Below, piece after piece: positions 7,975-15,766 of a stretch of DNA of 32,000 bases. Under the pieces are notes generated by a model. The model made no database searches, was not told the origin of the DNA, and was given only the letters and a program-made list of their open reading frames with translations. The stretch covers positions 1,620,001-1,652,000 of the forward strand of contig NC_007484.1 of NCBI RefSeq assembly GCF_000012805.1, written 5' to 3'. The position numbers were made by a program, and so were the translations under genes. Source of the stretch: Nitrosococcus oceani ATCC 19707 (GTDB lineage: Bacteria; Pseudomonadota; Gammaproteobacteria; Nitrosococcales; Nitrosococcaceae). Positions within the stretch are counted from its first letter, which is position 1. Every line of letters begins with the position of its first letter.

Positions 7975-8191
7975 ATTTCATCCGCCTGGAGAATTCGCGG
8001 TTCCTCCCGGCCTTCGGCGAAGGGTTTTCCTTAGCCTCTGTTGGTTGGCCGCTCCTCGCGCTTTCACTTCGGGCGCTCCCCATCCTAGGTTCCGTGAACA
8101 AGCGCAGACTACCGCCGATTCGTGGCGAAAAACAAGTAATATTGGCCCGCGCGCCCGATGCACCGTTTCACTTCACACGCTCGCTAGGAGG
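7975..8191 (+). repeat. Degenerate copy (A) of a palindrome-based intergenic repeat family
   Basis: 8111-8148 ACCGCCGATTCGTGGCGAAAAACAAGTAATATTGGCCC aligns with 30335-30372 ACCGCGAATTCATGGCGAAACGCGGGTAATGTTGGCCC. Downstream, CCGTTTCACTTC and CTAGG(A/G)GG are also shared. A left-arm remnant GAATTCGCG lies at 7991-7999. Confidence 0.5.
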
Positions 8192-8244
8192 TCATTAAAC
8201 ATCTATCATTAATTCCAATGAAATATGCAAAATAGGAGCCGGCC

Positions 8245-9123
8245 ATGAAAAAAATTCAAGGCATTTATAGTGCCCCGCAACAGCACTGGGTAGGCGACGG
8301 ATTTCCTGTCCGTTCATTGTTTTCCTACCGCAATCAGGGAGAGCAATTGAGTCCATTTCTGCTCCTTGACTATGCTGGCCCCATGGAATTCGATCCGGCG
8401 AAGCGCCCGCGGGGCGTGGGCGAGCATCCTCACCGGGGCTTTGAGACCGTCACCATCGTCTACCAGGGTGAGGTCGCCCACCGTGACTCCACGGGAGCCG
8501 GCGGCAAGATAGGACCCGGTGATGTGCAGTGGATGACCGCCGCCTCCGGCATACTCCACGACGAATTCCACTCGCCCGAGTTCACGGGCGCCGGTGGTAC
8601 CTTGGAAATGGTCCAGTTGTGGGTGAATTTGCCAGCCAAGGACAAAATGTCGCCACCAAAGTACCAGACTCTGTTGGACAAGGACATTCCGGCGGTAGAA
8701 CTCCCGGAGGAGGGAGGCCAGGTGCGGGTGATCGCCGGTGAATACAGGGGCCACCGGGGTCCGGCGGCTACCTTTACGCCCATGAATGTATGGGACGTGC
8801 GGCTGAATCCCGGCCACTCCGTTGACTTCGCCACGCCGGAAGGGCACACCCTGGCGCTGGTTGTCTTGCACGGCAATGTGCGGGTCAACGCCAGTGAGAC
8901 CGTCCGTGAGGCGCAGTGGGTATTGCTGGAGCGAGCAAATCGTACCGTTTCCCTGGAGGCGAGCACCGAGGCCACATTGCTGCTGCTGAGCGGTGAGCCC
9001 ATCAACGAACCGCTGGTAGGCCACGGACCCTTCGTGATGAACAGTGAGGCCGAAATTCAACAGGCGATGGAAGATTTCAAGCGTGGCCGTTTTGGCCGTC
9101 TAGCGTCAGTGGCGGCTGTTTGA
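8245..9123 (+). CDS. Pirin family protein (bicupin, YhhW-like)
   Basis: 292 aa with the pirin signature HPHRGFETVTIVYQGEVAHRDS. Length and bicupin layout are typical. GGAG RBS present. Confidence 0.93.
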   Translation: MKKIQGIYSAPQQHWVGDGFPVRSLFSYRNQGEQLSPFLLLDYAGPMEFDPAKRPRGVGEHPHRGFETVTIVYQGEVAHRDSTGAGGKIGPGDVQWMTAASGILHDEFHSPEFTGAGGTLEMVQLWVNLPAKDKMSPPKYQTLLDKDIPAVELPEEGGQVRVIAGEYRGHRGPAATFTPMNVWDVRLNPGHSVDFATPEGHTLALVVLHGNVRVNASETVREAQWVLLERANRTVSLEASTEATLLLLSGEPINEPLVGHGPFVMNSEAEIQQAMEDFKRGRFGRLASVAAV

Positions 9124-9173
9124 GCGAGCGCTTGCGCTATCCTCTTACTTATATAAATTGAAAGGAGATCATC

Positions 9174-10178
9174 ATGGGATTATTGGTAGACGGGCAATGG
9201 CAGGATCAGTGGTACGACACTAAAAGCACCGGCGGCCGTTTCCAGCGCTCCGAGAGCCAATTCCGCAACTGGGTGACCGCCGATGGCGCGCCTGGACCCA
9301 GCGGTACGGGTGGTTTCGAAGCCCAATCCGGGCGCTACCATCTGTATGGATCTTATGCCTGCCCCTGGGTACACCGGACCCTGGTCATGCGTGCCTGGAA
9401 AGGGCTAGAGGAGCACATTGGCCTGTCCGTGGTGCATCCGCTGATGCTGGAGAACGGTTGGGAGCTGCGGGAAGATTTCGATGGCGCTACCGGCGATACG
9501 CTCTACGGGCTGGATAAACTCTATGAGCTCTATTTGAAGGCGGACAATCGCTACAGCGGCCGGGTAACCGTGCCCGTGCTGTGGGACAAGCAGCAGGAGA
9601 CCATCGTCAGCAATGAGTCGGCGGATATTATCCGCATGCTCAACCGCGCCTTCGATGATCGCGGCGCCAGGCCAGGGGACTACTACCCCGAGGATCTGCG
9701 CGAGTCCATCGAAGCGATCAACGAGACCGTTTATGACAACATCAATAATGGGGTGTACAAGGCCGGTTTCGCTACCAGCCAGGAAGCCTATGACGAGGCG
9801 GTGACAGTGCTGTTCGACACCCTGGAGAGCTTGGAGCAGCGCCTTGGCGAGAGCCGGTATCTGGTGGGTAACACCCTGACCGAAGCGGATCTGCGCCTGT
9901 GGACCACCCTGCTGCGCTTCGATCCCGTTTACGTCACCCACTTCAAGTGCGACCGCAAGCGCATCCGGGACTATCCGAATCTGGACGGGTTGCTGCGGGA
10001 GATTTATCAGCTACCCGGCGTGGCCGAGACGGTCCACATGGACCATATCCGCAATCATTACTTCCGCAGCCATCCGACGGTGAACCCCAACGGCATCGTC
10101 TCCATCGGCCCGGAGCTGGATTTGTCCGCCCCTCACGGCCGGGATCGCCTGGGCGAGCGGATAGTGCGCGGTGCTTAA
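9174..10178 (+). CDS. yqjG: Xi-class glutathione S-transferase / glutathionyl-hydroquinone reductase (YqjG/ECM4-like)
   Basis: 334 aa with GRYHLYGSYACPWVHRT (the CPWxHR active-site motif), VPVLWDK and YVTHFKCD, all typical of the YqjG family. AGGAG RBS present. Confidence 0.9.
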   Translation: MGLLVDGQWQDQWYDTKSTGGRFQRSESQFRNWVTADGAPGPSGTGGFEAQSGRYHLYGSYACPWVHRTLVMRAWKGLEEHIGLSVVHPLMLENGWELREDFDGATGDTLYGLDKLYELYLKADNRYSGRVTVPVLWDKQQETIVSNESADIIRMLNRAFDDRGARPGDYYPEDLRESIEAINETVYDNINNGVYKAGFATSQEAYDEAVTVLFDTLESLEQRLGESRYLVGNTLTEADLRLWTTLLRFDPVYVTHFKCDRKRIRDYPNLDGLLREIYQLPGVAETVHMDHIRNHYFRSHPTVNPNGIVSIGPELDLSAPHGRDRLGERIVRGA

Positions 10179-10216
10179 TTTTGTTTACGAAGAATACGAA
10201 GAAGAGGAACCGGAAG

Positions 10217-11173
10217 ATGACACATACAACATCCCAGAAAGCTGCTAGCTGGCCAGAAATACCTTATGTCGCCTGGGCGGAAACCTGCGGCGCTTTACAC
10301 TTGTTCACCCAAATCGTTGGCAAGTACCGGCTTGCCCATACCCCCTGGGTTAACCATTCATGGCACGCAACCCTGTATGCCAATGGGCGTGGTTTGACCA
10401 CAGCGCTCATTCCAGACGGGCCAGACGGAGTCGAGGTCATGTTCGATTTTCTTGACCATCGGGTCGTTGCCGAAACGCCGGGCCACGAGTCGGTAAGCTT
10501 CGCCCTTGAGCCGATGTCCGTGGCGGAGTTTCACCAGCGATTTGTGGAGCTGATTAATACCGTTGGCGGCAATCCACAATTCCACGGCCAGCCTAATGAA
10601 ATTCCCAACCCAACGCCGTTTGAAGACGACACCCGCTCACGCCCCTACGATGCCGACGCAGTGCAAAGATTTCACCAAGCCTTGGTGCTTATCAGCCAGG
10701 TGTTTCAACAATTCCGTACCGGGTTTATTGGCAAGGTCAGTCCGGTGCATCTCTTTTGGGGCAGTTTAGACCTCGCCGTTACCCGTTTTTCCGGGCGTCC
10801 AGCGCCGGAACATCCAGGCGGAGTCCCCGAGCTACCAGATGAGATCACCCGGGAGGCCTACAGCCATGAAGTGTCTTCGGCAGGCTTTTGGCCCGGCGGC
10901 GGGCCGATAGAGGCGGCCGCTTTCTACTCTTATGCGTATCCGACGCCGGCGGGGTTTGATGCCGCCACGGTGATGCCCGCTGATGCCTACTATGACAAAA
11001 ATGCAGGTGAATTCATTCTCCCTTATGAGGCTGTAAGAGCGGCGTCCGACCCCGAGAAAGTGCTCCTGTCTTTCCTTGAAAGCACTTACACAGCCGCGGC
11101 AGAGCTTGGTGGTTGGGACCGATCAAGCCTTGAGTGCCCAACTGGCAAACCTCTCATCCCACGGCCTATTTAA
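10217..11173 (+). CDS. DUF5996-like conserved hypothetical protein
   Basis: The ORF-track entry 9899-11173 overlaps yqjG. The internal ATG 10217 (MTHTTSQKAASWPEIPY...) lies just after the yqjG stop and gives 318 aa. Family assignment is from memory of WxxTxxxLHLxTQIVGK-type N-termini. Confidence 0.75.
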   Translation: MTHTTSQKAASWPEIPYVAWAETCGALHLFTQIVGKYRLAHTPWVNHSWHATLYANGRGLTTALIPDGPDGVEVMFDFLDHRVVAETPGHESVSFALEPMSVAEFHQRFVELINTVGGNPQFHGQPNEIPNPTPFEDDTRSRPYDADAVQRFHQALVLISQVFQQFRTGFIGKVSPVHLFWGSLDLAVTRFSGRPAPEHPGGVPELPDEITREAYSHEVSSAGFWPGGGPIEAAAFYSYAYPTPAGFDAATVMPADAYYDKNAGEFILPYEAVRAASDPEKVLLSFLESTYTAAAELGGWDRSSLECPTGKPLIPRPI

Positions 11174-11194
11174 AATCGTAGGGGGTAAGAAAGA

Positions 11195-11216
11195 AAAACA
11201 GCGCTGACACTGTTTT
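11195..11216. terminator. Weak A/T-rich hairpin AAAACAG-N8-CTGTTTT after the DUF5996-like gene
   Basis: 7-bp stem read directly, 22 nt after the stop at 11173. The stem is GC-poor, so support is weak. Confidence 0.3.
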
Positions 11217-11274
11217 CAAATCAGCTTGCTTGGCAAAAAGGCAATCATTGGAGGAGTGCATGGAGGCACGACGA

Positions 11275-11347
11275 CCCCCTAGCCGAATTGCGAAGCGTAG
11301 CGGCACATGAGGCGCGAGGGATGATTACTTGCGTTTTGCCATGAATT
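11275..11347 (-). repeat. Copy (C) of the repeat family, overlapping the 3' end of the small RHH gene
   Basis: The reverse complement reads ...CGCCAATTCATGGCAAAACGCAAGTAATCATCCC...GGCTAGGGGG. It aligns with the right arms and flanks of copies A and B. All three encode a similar in-frame tail (DYAKRQFMAKRK*, MYREFMAKRG*, DYRRFVAKNK*). Confidence 0.5.
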
Positions 11348-11477
11348 GGCGTTTTGCATAATCTACCAATATCGTCTCAATGAGGTTTGATAGGGTTCTA
11401 TTCTCTTCCTTCGCCACTTCCTGAATCCTCCTCTTAAGCTCGGTATCAATACGAACATTTACATATTCTCCGGCCAT
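11325..11477 (-). CDS. Small ribbon-helix-helix (CopG-like) protein, 50 aa
   Basis: MAGEYVNVRIDTELKRRIQEVAKEENRTLSNLIETILVDYAKRQFMAKRK shows the classic RHH pattern (beta strand VNVRID, then two helices). It is below the ORF-track cutoff and divergent from tnpB. Confidence 0.6.
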   Translation of the reverse strand: MAGEYVNVRIDTELKRRIQEVAKEENRTLSNLIETILVDYAKRQFMAKRK

Positions 11478-11513
11478 TGTTGCTTAACCTTTATTGTGTT
11501 ACAATACGTTTCT

Positions 11514-12594
11514 ATGTTAACACAACGCGCCTACAAGTTCAGGTTTTACCCCACGCCCACGCAAAGGCGGCAATTGGCCCTTGAGTTTGGCCATGCCCGG
11601 TGGGCCTGGAATACCTGTTTAGTCTGGCGGGGTCGTCAATATAGGGTGCATGACAAGCGCGTTAGCGGTGTTGATTTTAGTCGTCAACTCACGTTTCTAA
11701 AAAAACTAGGGCCTTACGCGTGGCTGGGCGAGGCGAGCGCGACTTGCTTGGCTCAAAACGCAATCGGTACGCTATCAGTTGGATCAGCGTCACGTAGCGA
11801 AGAACTTCAACGCTGAAAGCAAGCGTTTGAAGCTGCCCAAGCTTGGAGCGCTGAAGCTCAAGTGGTCCCGTGAGGTGGGCGGTATTCCCAAAATGGTGAC
11901 GGTGAATAAAGACCCTTGCGGTCATTATTTCATTAGCATGGCCTGTGAGGTAGAAATTCTCCCCTTGCCTACCCGCAAAAACGCGATTGGCGTGGATGTG
12001 GGCGTCAAGGATGTGGTCATCACTTCCGAGGGGTATAAATCCGGTGCGCCTAAGTACACTTATCGCTATGCTCGGCAATTGAAAATGGCGCAGCGGCGCT
12101 TGAGCAAGAAGCCTAAAGGTTCGGGGCGGCGGCGCAACCAGCAACAGCGCGTCGCTCGAATTCATGCCCGGATAGCGGATAGCCGCCGGGATTTTTTGCA
12201 CCAACAGTCCTCGAAGCTGATTAACGAGAACCAAGTAATTTGTCTTGAGGACTTGAATATCAAAGGGATGTTGAGAAACCGACGCCTGAGCAGAGCCATT
12301 GCCGATGGTGGCTTGTATGAACTCAGGCGGCAAATGGAGTATAAAGCCTCATGGTATGGCCGTGATGTGTTGATCGTGGACCGTTGGGCGCCGACCAGTA
12401 AAACCTGCTCGGCCTGTGGCACGGTGATCGATACCATGCCGCTGAAGATTCGTGAGTGGGTTTGCCCTGATTGCACTGCCCACCACGATAGGGACATCAA
12501 CGCGGCTATCAATGTTTTGAGTTTTGGTACGGCGGGGAGCGCCGGAACCCACAAAGCGCGTGGAGCGGTGAAAACCCCAAGGGCCGTGGCCTAG
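11514..12594 (+). pseudogene. tnpB: TnpB (IS605 OrfB-type RNA-guided nuclease), split by a frameshift near 11750-11820
   Basis: N-terminal piece: MLTQRAYKFRFYPTPTQRRQLALEFGHARWAWN. Second frame: LKLPKLGALKL..., RuvC-like D in IGVDVGVKD, E in VICLEDLN, zinc finger CSACG...CPDC, and D in HHDRDINAAINV. The two ORFs (11496-11816 and 11779-12594) overlap in different frames. Confidence 0.85.
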
Positions 12595-12669
12595 CCACCG
12601 TCCGAGGACTGCGAGGAAACGCGAATCCTCCAGACTGACAAGGTGAGGCGGGGCCGAACCGCAGTCAGT
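12480..12669 (+). ncRNA. Candidate TnpB omega-RNA (reRNA) scaffold at the right end of the element
   Basis: By established TnpB biology, the guide RNA scaffold derives from the tnpB 3' end plus the right end. Seen here: stem-loops GAGGA...TCCTC (12604-12630) and GACTGAC...GTCAGTC (12633-12670). Extent is not determined. Confidence 0.3.
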
Positions 12670-12670
12670 C

Positions 12671-13468
12671 ATGGCGAAACTCCAAATGTTTGAGGAAAAA
12701 ACCGTGCCTGATCACGTAATTGCGATTCACTTCAGTGGAAAGATGACGGGAGAGGATATTCAGCAGTACAAAAAGATACTTGAAGGCAAACTGGAAAAGC
12801 ACGGGCAGCTCAGCTTTCTTATCGACTTCACGGGTCTTTCGGATATGAATGCTAACGCGTTTGTCGAGGGGACCAAGGCTGATCTCGAATTTCTCGGCCA
12901 TATTGATCGGTTCAGCCGCTGTGCATTCGTTTCGGACAAGGAATGGCCGCAAGCCCTGATCGACTTTATAGGCCCCGTGCTTCCGACCTTAGAGATGAAA
13001 GTGTTTACGCCCGAGCAGAGTGATGAGGCGATGAACTGGGTCTCCGAGTTGCCTGAAGCTCCCACAGCCGATAGCCCGGCTTTCCGTTTTATTCCGACAT
13101 CCCGGGACGATGTTTTTGCCTTTGAGATCAACGGCATGATTTCAGCGGAAGAAATGCCGGGCGTTATCAAGGAATTCGAGGGTTTTCTTGAACGTCACGA
13201 TAAGGTGCGTTTGCTCAACCGGATGCGGCATTTTGGGGGTATCGATCCGGCGGTTTTCATGCAGGGGGGACTGGTATCGATGAAGCTTGCCGCGATGCAG
13301 AAAGTTGAGCGCTATGCGATTGTGGGTGCTCCTGGATGGATGCGCAAGATCATCAAGAGCATAAATCCCGCATTCACCGATATGGATATGCGGACATTTT
13401 CGAAGGACAAAGAGCAAGACGCGTGGGAATGGTTGGAGGCGGCACCCGCTGGGGAATCCGCCCGGTAG
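12671..13468 (+). CDS. Tandem STAS/SpoIIAA-like (DUF3478-type) domain protein
   Basis: 265 aa with two similar halves (HVIAIHFSGKMTGEDI...FLIDFTGL and DVFAFEINGMISAEEM...VRLLNRM). Alternative start at ATG 12686. The first codons lie in repeat-family sequence. Confidence 0.75.
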   Translation: MAKLQMFEEKTVPDHVIAIHFSGKMTGEDIQQYKKILEGKLEKHGQLSFLIDFTGLSDMNANAFVEGTKADLEFLGHIDRFSRCAFVSDKEWPQALIDFIGPVLPTLEMKVFTPEQSDEAMNWVSELPEAPTADSPAFRFIPTSRDDVFAFEINGMISAEEMPGVIKEFEGFLERHDKVRLLNRMRHFGGIDPAVFMQGGLVSMKLAAMQKVERYAIVGAPGWMRKIIKSINPAFTDMDMRTFSKDKEQDAWEWLEAAPAGESAR

Positions 13469-13514
13469 AGGATGTTTTTGTCCTATTGTAATTTCATGGG
13501 TTAACCCTATGGGT

Positions 13515-14147
13515 TTACCGTTTCCGATCTGGCGGATTAATGAAGTCGATTCCAAAGCATACCACGGCGGCGATAACCGCCTGCTCGGATATTACCTGGA
13601 AGCTATGGGCCGTGCCCGTTTCTTGGTAGAGCAAATCTCCAGCGCGATTAATGACTCCATCTTCGGAGCGGCAGCATCCTTGCAGCAACAAACTGGATTC
13701 AAGACCCCGGTGGGTGTGGTAGGGAAAGCTGGCTCCTGGTAGCACGCGGAGGAAATTGCTCTTCGCGCCTGCGGTTGCTGGCCCCGCCTGAATTTTGATC
13801 GTCTGGACCCCTGGCAGCACCGTCTTCCAGGCGGTGGGATCATCGAGGCGTTCGAGGTAAGCCTGCGCTTCCCTGGGGGAAAGATCGAATAGCTCGGTGA
13901 GGCGCGATAGAAACGGAAGAAACCGGTTTTTGCCGCAAATGCCATCAAGAAGGCGGGCTTTGAGTTCCGGCGCTGGAGGTTCCGGTTCAAGGTTAAGGGC
14001 AATTGCCGCTAGGAGCTCTTTTACCGAAACTAGTTCTTCCTGGAATTGGGGATCGGAAGCTAAATTTTGCCGTAGCTCTTTAAGTTCCTTTTCGGATAGA
14101 TTTTCGAGCGCCAAATCGATCCACGCTTTATTTTCCTTCCGTTTCAT
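13515..14147 (-). CDS. Anti-sigma factor with a ChrR-type cupin C-terminal domain
   Basis: Lies downstream of, and overlapping, the ECF sigma gene. C-terminal cupin-like sequence FLRVLPGASFPYHTHRGLESSLLLQG...GTAHSF. Start chosen at MKRKENK (GAGGA RBS); the ORF track extends to 14192. Confidence 0.75.
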   Translation of the reverse strand: MKRKENKAWIDLALENLSEKELKELRQNLASDPQFQEELVSVKELLAAIALNLEPEPPAPELKARLLDGICGKNRFLPFLSRLTELFDLSPREAQAYLERLDDPTAWKTVLPGVQTIKIQAGPATAGAKSNFLRVLPGASFPYHTHRGLESSLLLQGCCRSEDGVINRAGDLLYQETGTAHSFQVISEQAVIAAVVCFGIDFINPPDRKR

Positions 14148-14694
14148 TCGATATCCTCTGACATTGCGTTCTGTAATGGGTTCGAAGCACATTTAGCGCC
14201 CCCCGCATCCGGCTTTTGATAGTTCCTAAAGGAAGTCCGACATGGGAAGCGATTTCGCTTGCCGACAAACCCTGAAAATAGGCCAGTTCCATAATAGTAC
14301 GTTGCTCCCTGCTGAGCTTCGACATGGCCTTGCGTACTGCCTGGCAGTCCCATGCAAGGGCAGGATCTTGGGACATTCCATTCGCTGTGTTTTCCAATAC
14401 TGTTTCCGGTATGGGTATTGATCGGGTATAGGGCGCCGAGCGGAGGCGGTCCAGGGATCGGGAGCGCATCCGTAATATCAACCAGGCGCGAACGGAGCCG
14501 CGGCGTCCATCGTATTGACTGGCCTTGCGCCAAATTTCCATAAAAACATTATGCAGCACATCTTCAGCTTCTTGGCGATTACTGAGTATGCCCAGGCCCA
14601 CCGCGAGAAGGAGCGGGGCATAGCAGTCGTATAGATGGCCGAGGGCTTTGGGATCGGCCCGGGCTACCCTGTCGATGAGATCGGTATCGTCCAT
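14128..14694 (-). CDS. ECF-type RNA polymerase sigma-70 family factor
   Basis: 188 aa. Region 2 (EAEDVLHNVFMEIWRKA, RGSVRAWL) and region 4 (LSREQRTIMELAYFQGLSASEIASHVGLPLGTIKSRMR) are typical of ECF sigmas. Confidence 0.9.
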   Translation of the reverse strand: MDDTDLIDRVARADPKALGHLYDCYAPLLLAVGLGILSNRQEAEDVLHNVFMEIWRKASQYDGRRGSVRAWLILRMRSRSLDRLRSAPYTRSIPIPETVLENTANGMSQDPALAWDCQAVRKAMSKLSREQRTIMELAYFQGLSASEIASHVGLPLGTIKSRMRGALNVLRTHYRTQCQRISNETEGK

Positions 14695-14929
14695 ATCTCA
14701 GCCATGGCTTTTTCCGGGAGCGAGTCTAAAAGTTATGTCTTTAAGATTAGCAGAACCAATTTTGATTGGTTGATCGACTGCTAAGCAATCGAATTTCAAT
14801 GCTATCACAGGGAAAAGACGTTGCTAGGACAGCTGAGAAAAAATGGGAAGTTTTTGTGATCCGAACGGCGCGCTCATCACGTACCTATTCATGAGTGAAT
14901 AGCGTGAAGCTGATAAGGAGGAACATCCC

Positions 14930-15766
14930 ATGGCAACCTTTATTGAGGACTACCAGTTATTCAAGGTATTTGCCGCTAGCCATCGGTTCATGTCGGTTAT
15001 CCTGTTACTGATGGGCGGCATCACTATGAGCCCTATTGAGGCGGAGGAGGCCCCGCCGGTATCGAAAGAGAGTGTTGGATATTTAAGGGCCCACGGCATT
15101 GCAGTAACGCCCCACGAAAAAGATGATAAATTCCTGCCGGGCCAGCGTGTATTCAAGACAATGGTAGGCCAGAGTCAGCCTCACGCCTATCGCTTCCATT
15201 CAACGCAAATGCAAGTTACTTATTTAGAAGGAAAGCTTGTGGCTGATCGCCCGGAAGATTGGAAATTTAGGTCTTTTGCAAAAGAGGTAGTGGCTAAAGA
15301 TGGTCAACTTTATACAAAAATTGTCTTCCAACCGCAAAAGGCGAGAACTTCGAGGGCTACTCTCGTTTTCAAGCTGAAATCGAAAATACTAGGGTCTAAC
15401 ACGGTCACGGTGAAAATTCCTTTGATAGGAAAAGGAATCGCGCCAGCCCCTAAGCCTATCCTCCCTGGAGATAAAATTATTCCGACACCGAAACTGGATG
15501 AAGGACCGGACAAGACCAAGCCCCGGGATACTAGCGTAAAAAAGATCTGCCTTGATTTTATATTAGTCGATAATAGGGACACCAAGACATGGAACAAAAA
15601 GGCCCAGGAATGGACAGAAAAAAGTAACGAAATCTTCAAAAAAGTAAAGTCAAAGTCGTGTTTTCAAAGCCTAAACCGGTCCGCCGGATTGCAGAGGACG
15701 ACATCAAAGAGGAGGTTAATAAAGCTACTTCTGGACAACTGCATTGTTTCCCGGTTTTTATCGTAA
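14930..15766 (+). CDS. N-terminal part of a secreted or anchored zinc-metalloprotease-like protein (frame 1 of a split gene)
   Basis: Strong RBS AAGGAGG 7 nt before ATG 14930, followed by a hydrophobic N-terminal segment. The ORF overlaps the next one by 109 nt in another frame. Confidence 0.55.
   Translation: MATFIEDYQLFKVFAASHRFMSVILLLMGGITMSPIEAEEAPPVSKESVGYLRAHGIAVTPHEKDDKFLPGQRVFKTMVGQSQPHAYRFHSTQMQVTYLEGKLVADRPEDWKFRSFAKEVVAKDGQLYTKIVFQPQKARTSRATLVFKLKSKILGSNTVTVKIPLIGKGIAPAPKPILPGDKIIPTPKLDEGPDKTKPRDTSVKKICLDFILVDNRDTKTWNKKAQEWTEKSNEIFKKVKSKSCFQSLNRSAGLQRTTSKRRLIKLLLDNCIVSRFLS

Larger units (their letters stand above)
11348..12669 (+). mobile_element. IS200/IS605-family tnpB-only element (boundaries inferred, no tnpA)
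   Basis: Contains tnpB, a hairpin TTGTGTTA-N-TAACACAA (11494-11526) over the tnpB start, and two stem-loops after the stop (12604-12630 and 12633-12670). Joining the flanks at 11333-11347 and 12670-12680 reconstitutes a near-perfect 26-nt palindrome. Confidence 0.45.

Noticed and set aside
8314-9060. Long antisense or alternative-frame ORFs inside well-supported genes. Examples: 8314-9060 and 8460-9005 opposite pirin, 5213-5701 and 5677-6156 opposite the helicase, 9405-9941 opposite yqjG, and 11689-12333 opposite tnpB.
   Set aside because: Their translations are Arg/Gly/Ser/Pro-rich and low in complexity, with no recognisable motifs. They are shadow ORFs of genes with clear family signatures.
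9899-10216. A 106-codon N-terminal extension of the DUF5996-like ORF, as listed in the ORF track.
   Set aside because: It overlaps the 3' end of yqjG in another frame, reads as Arg/Pro-rich nonsense, and has an internal ATG at 10217 just after the yqjG stop.
14864-14888. An ECF-type promoter candidate, GAAC-N13-CGTA, between the sigma gene and the metalloprotease-like gene.
   Set aside because: The spacer is shorter than the usual ~16 nt and the motif is short, so it cannot be supported by eye.
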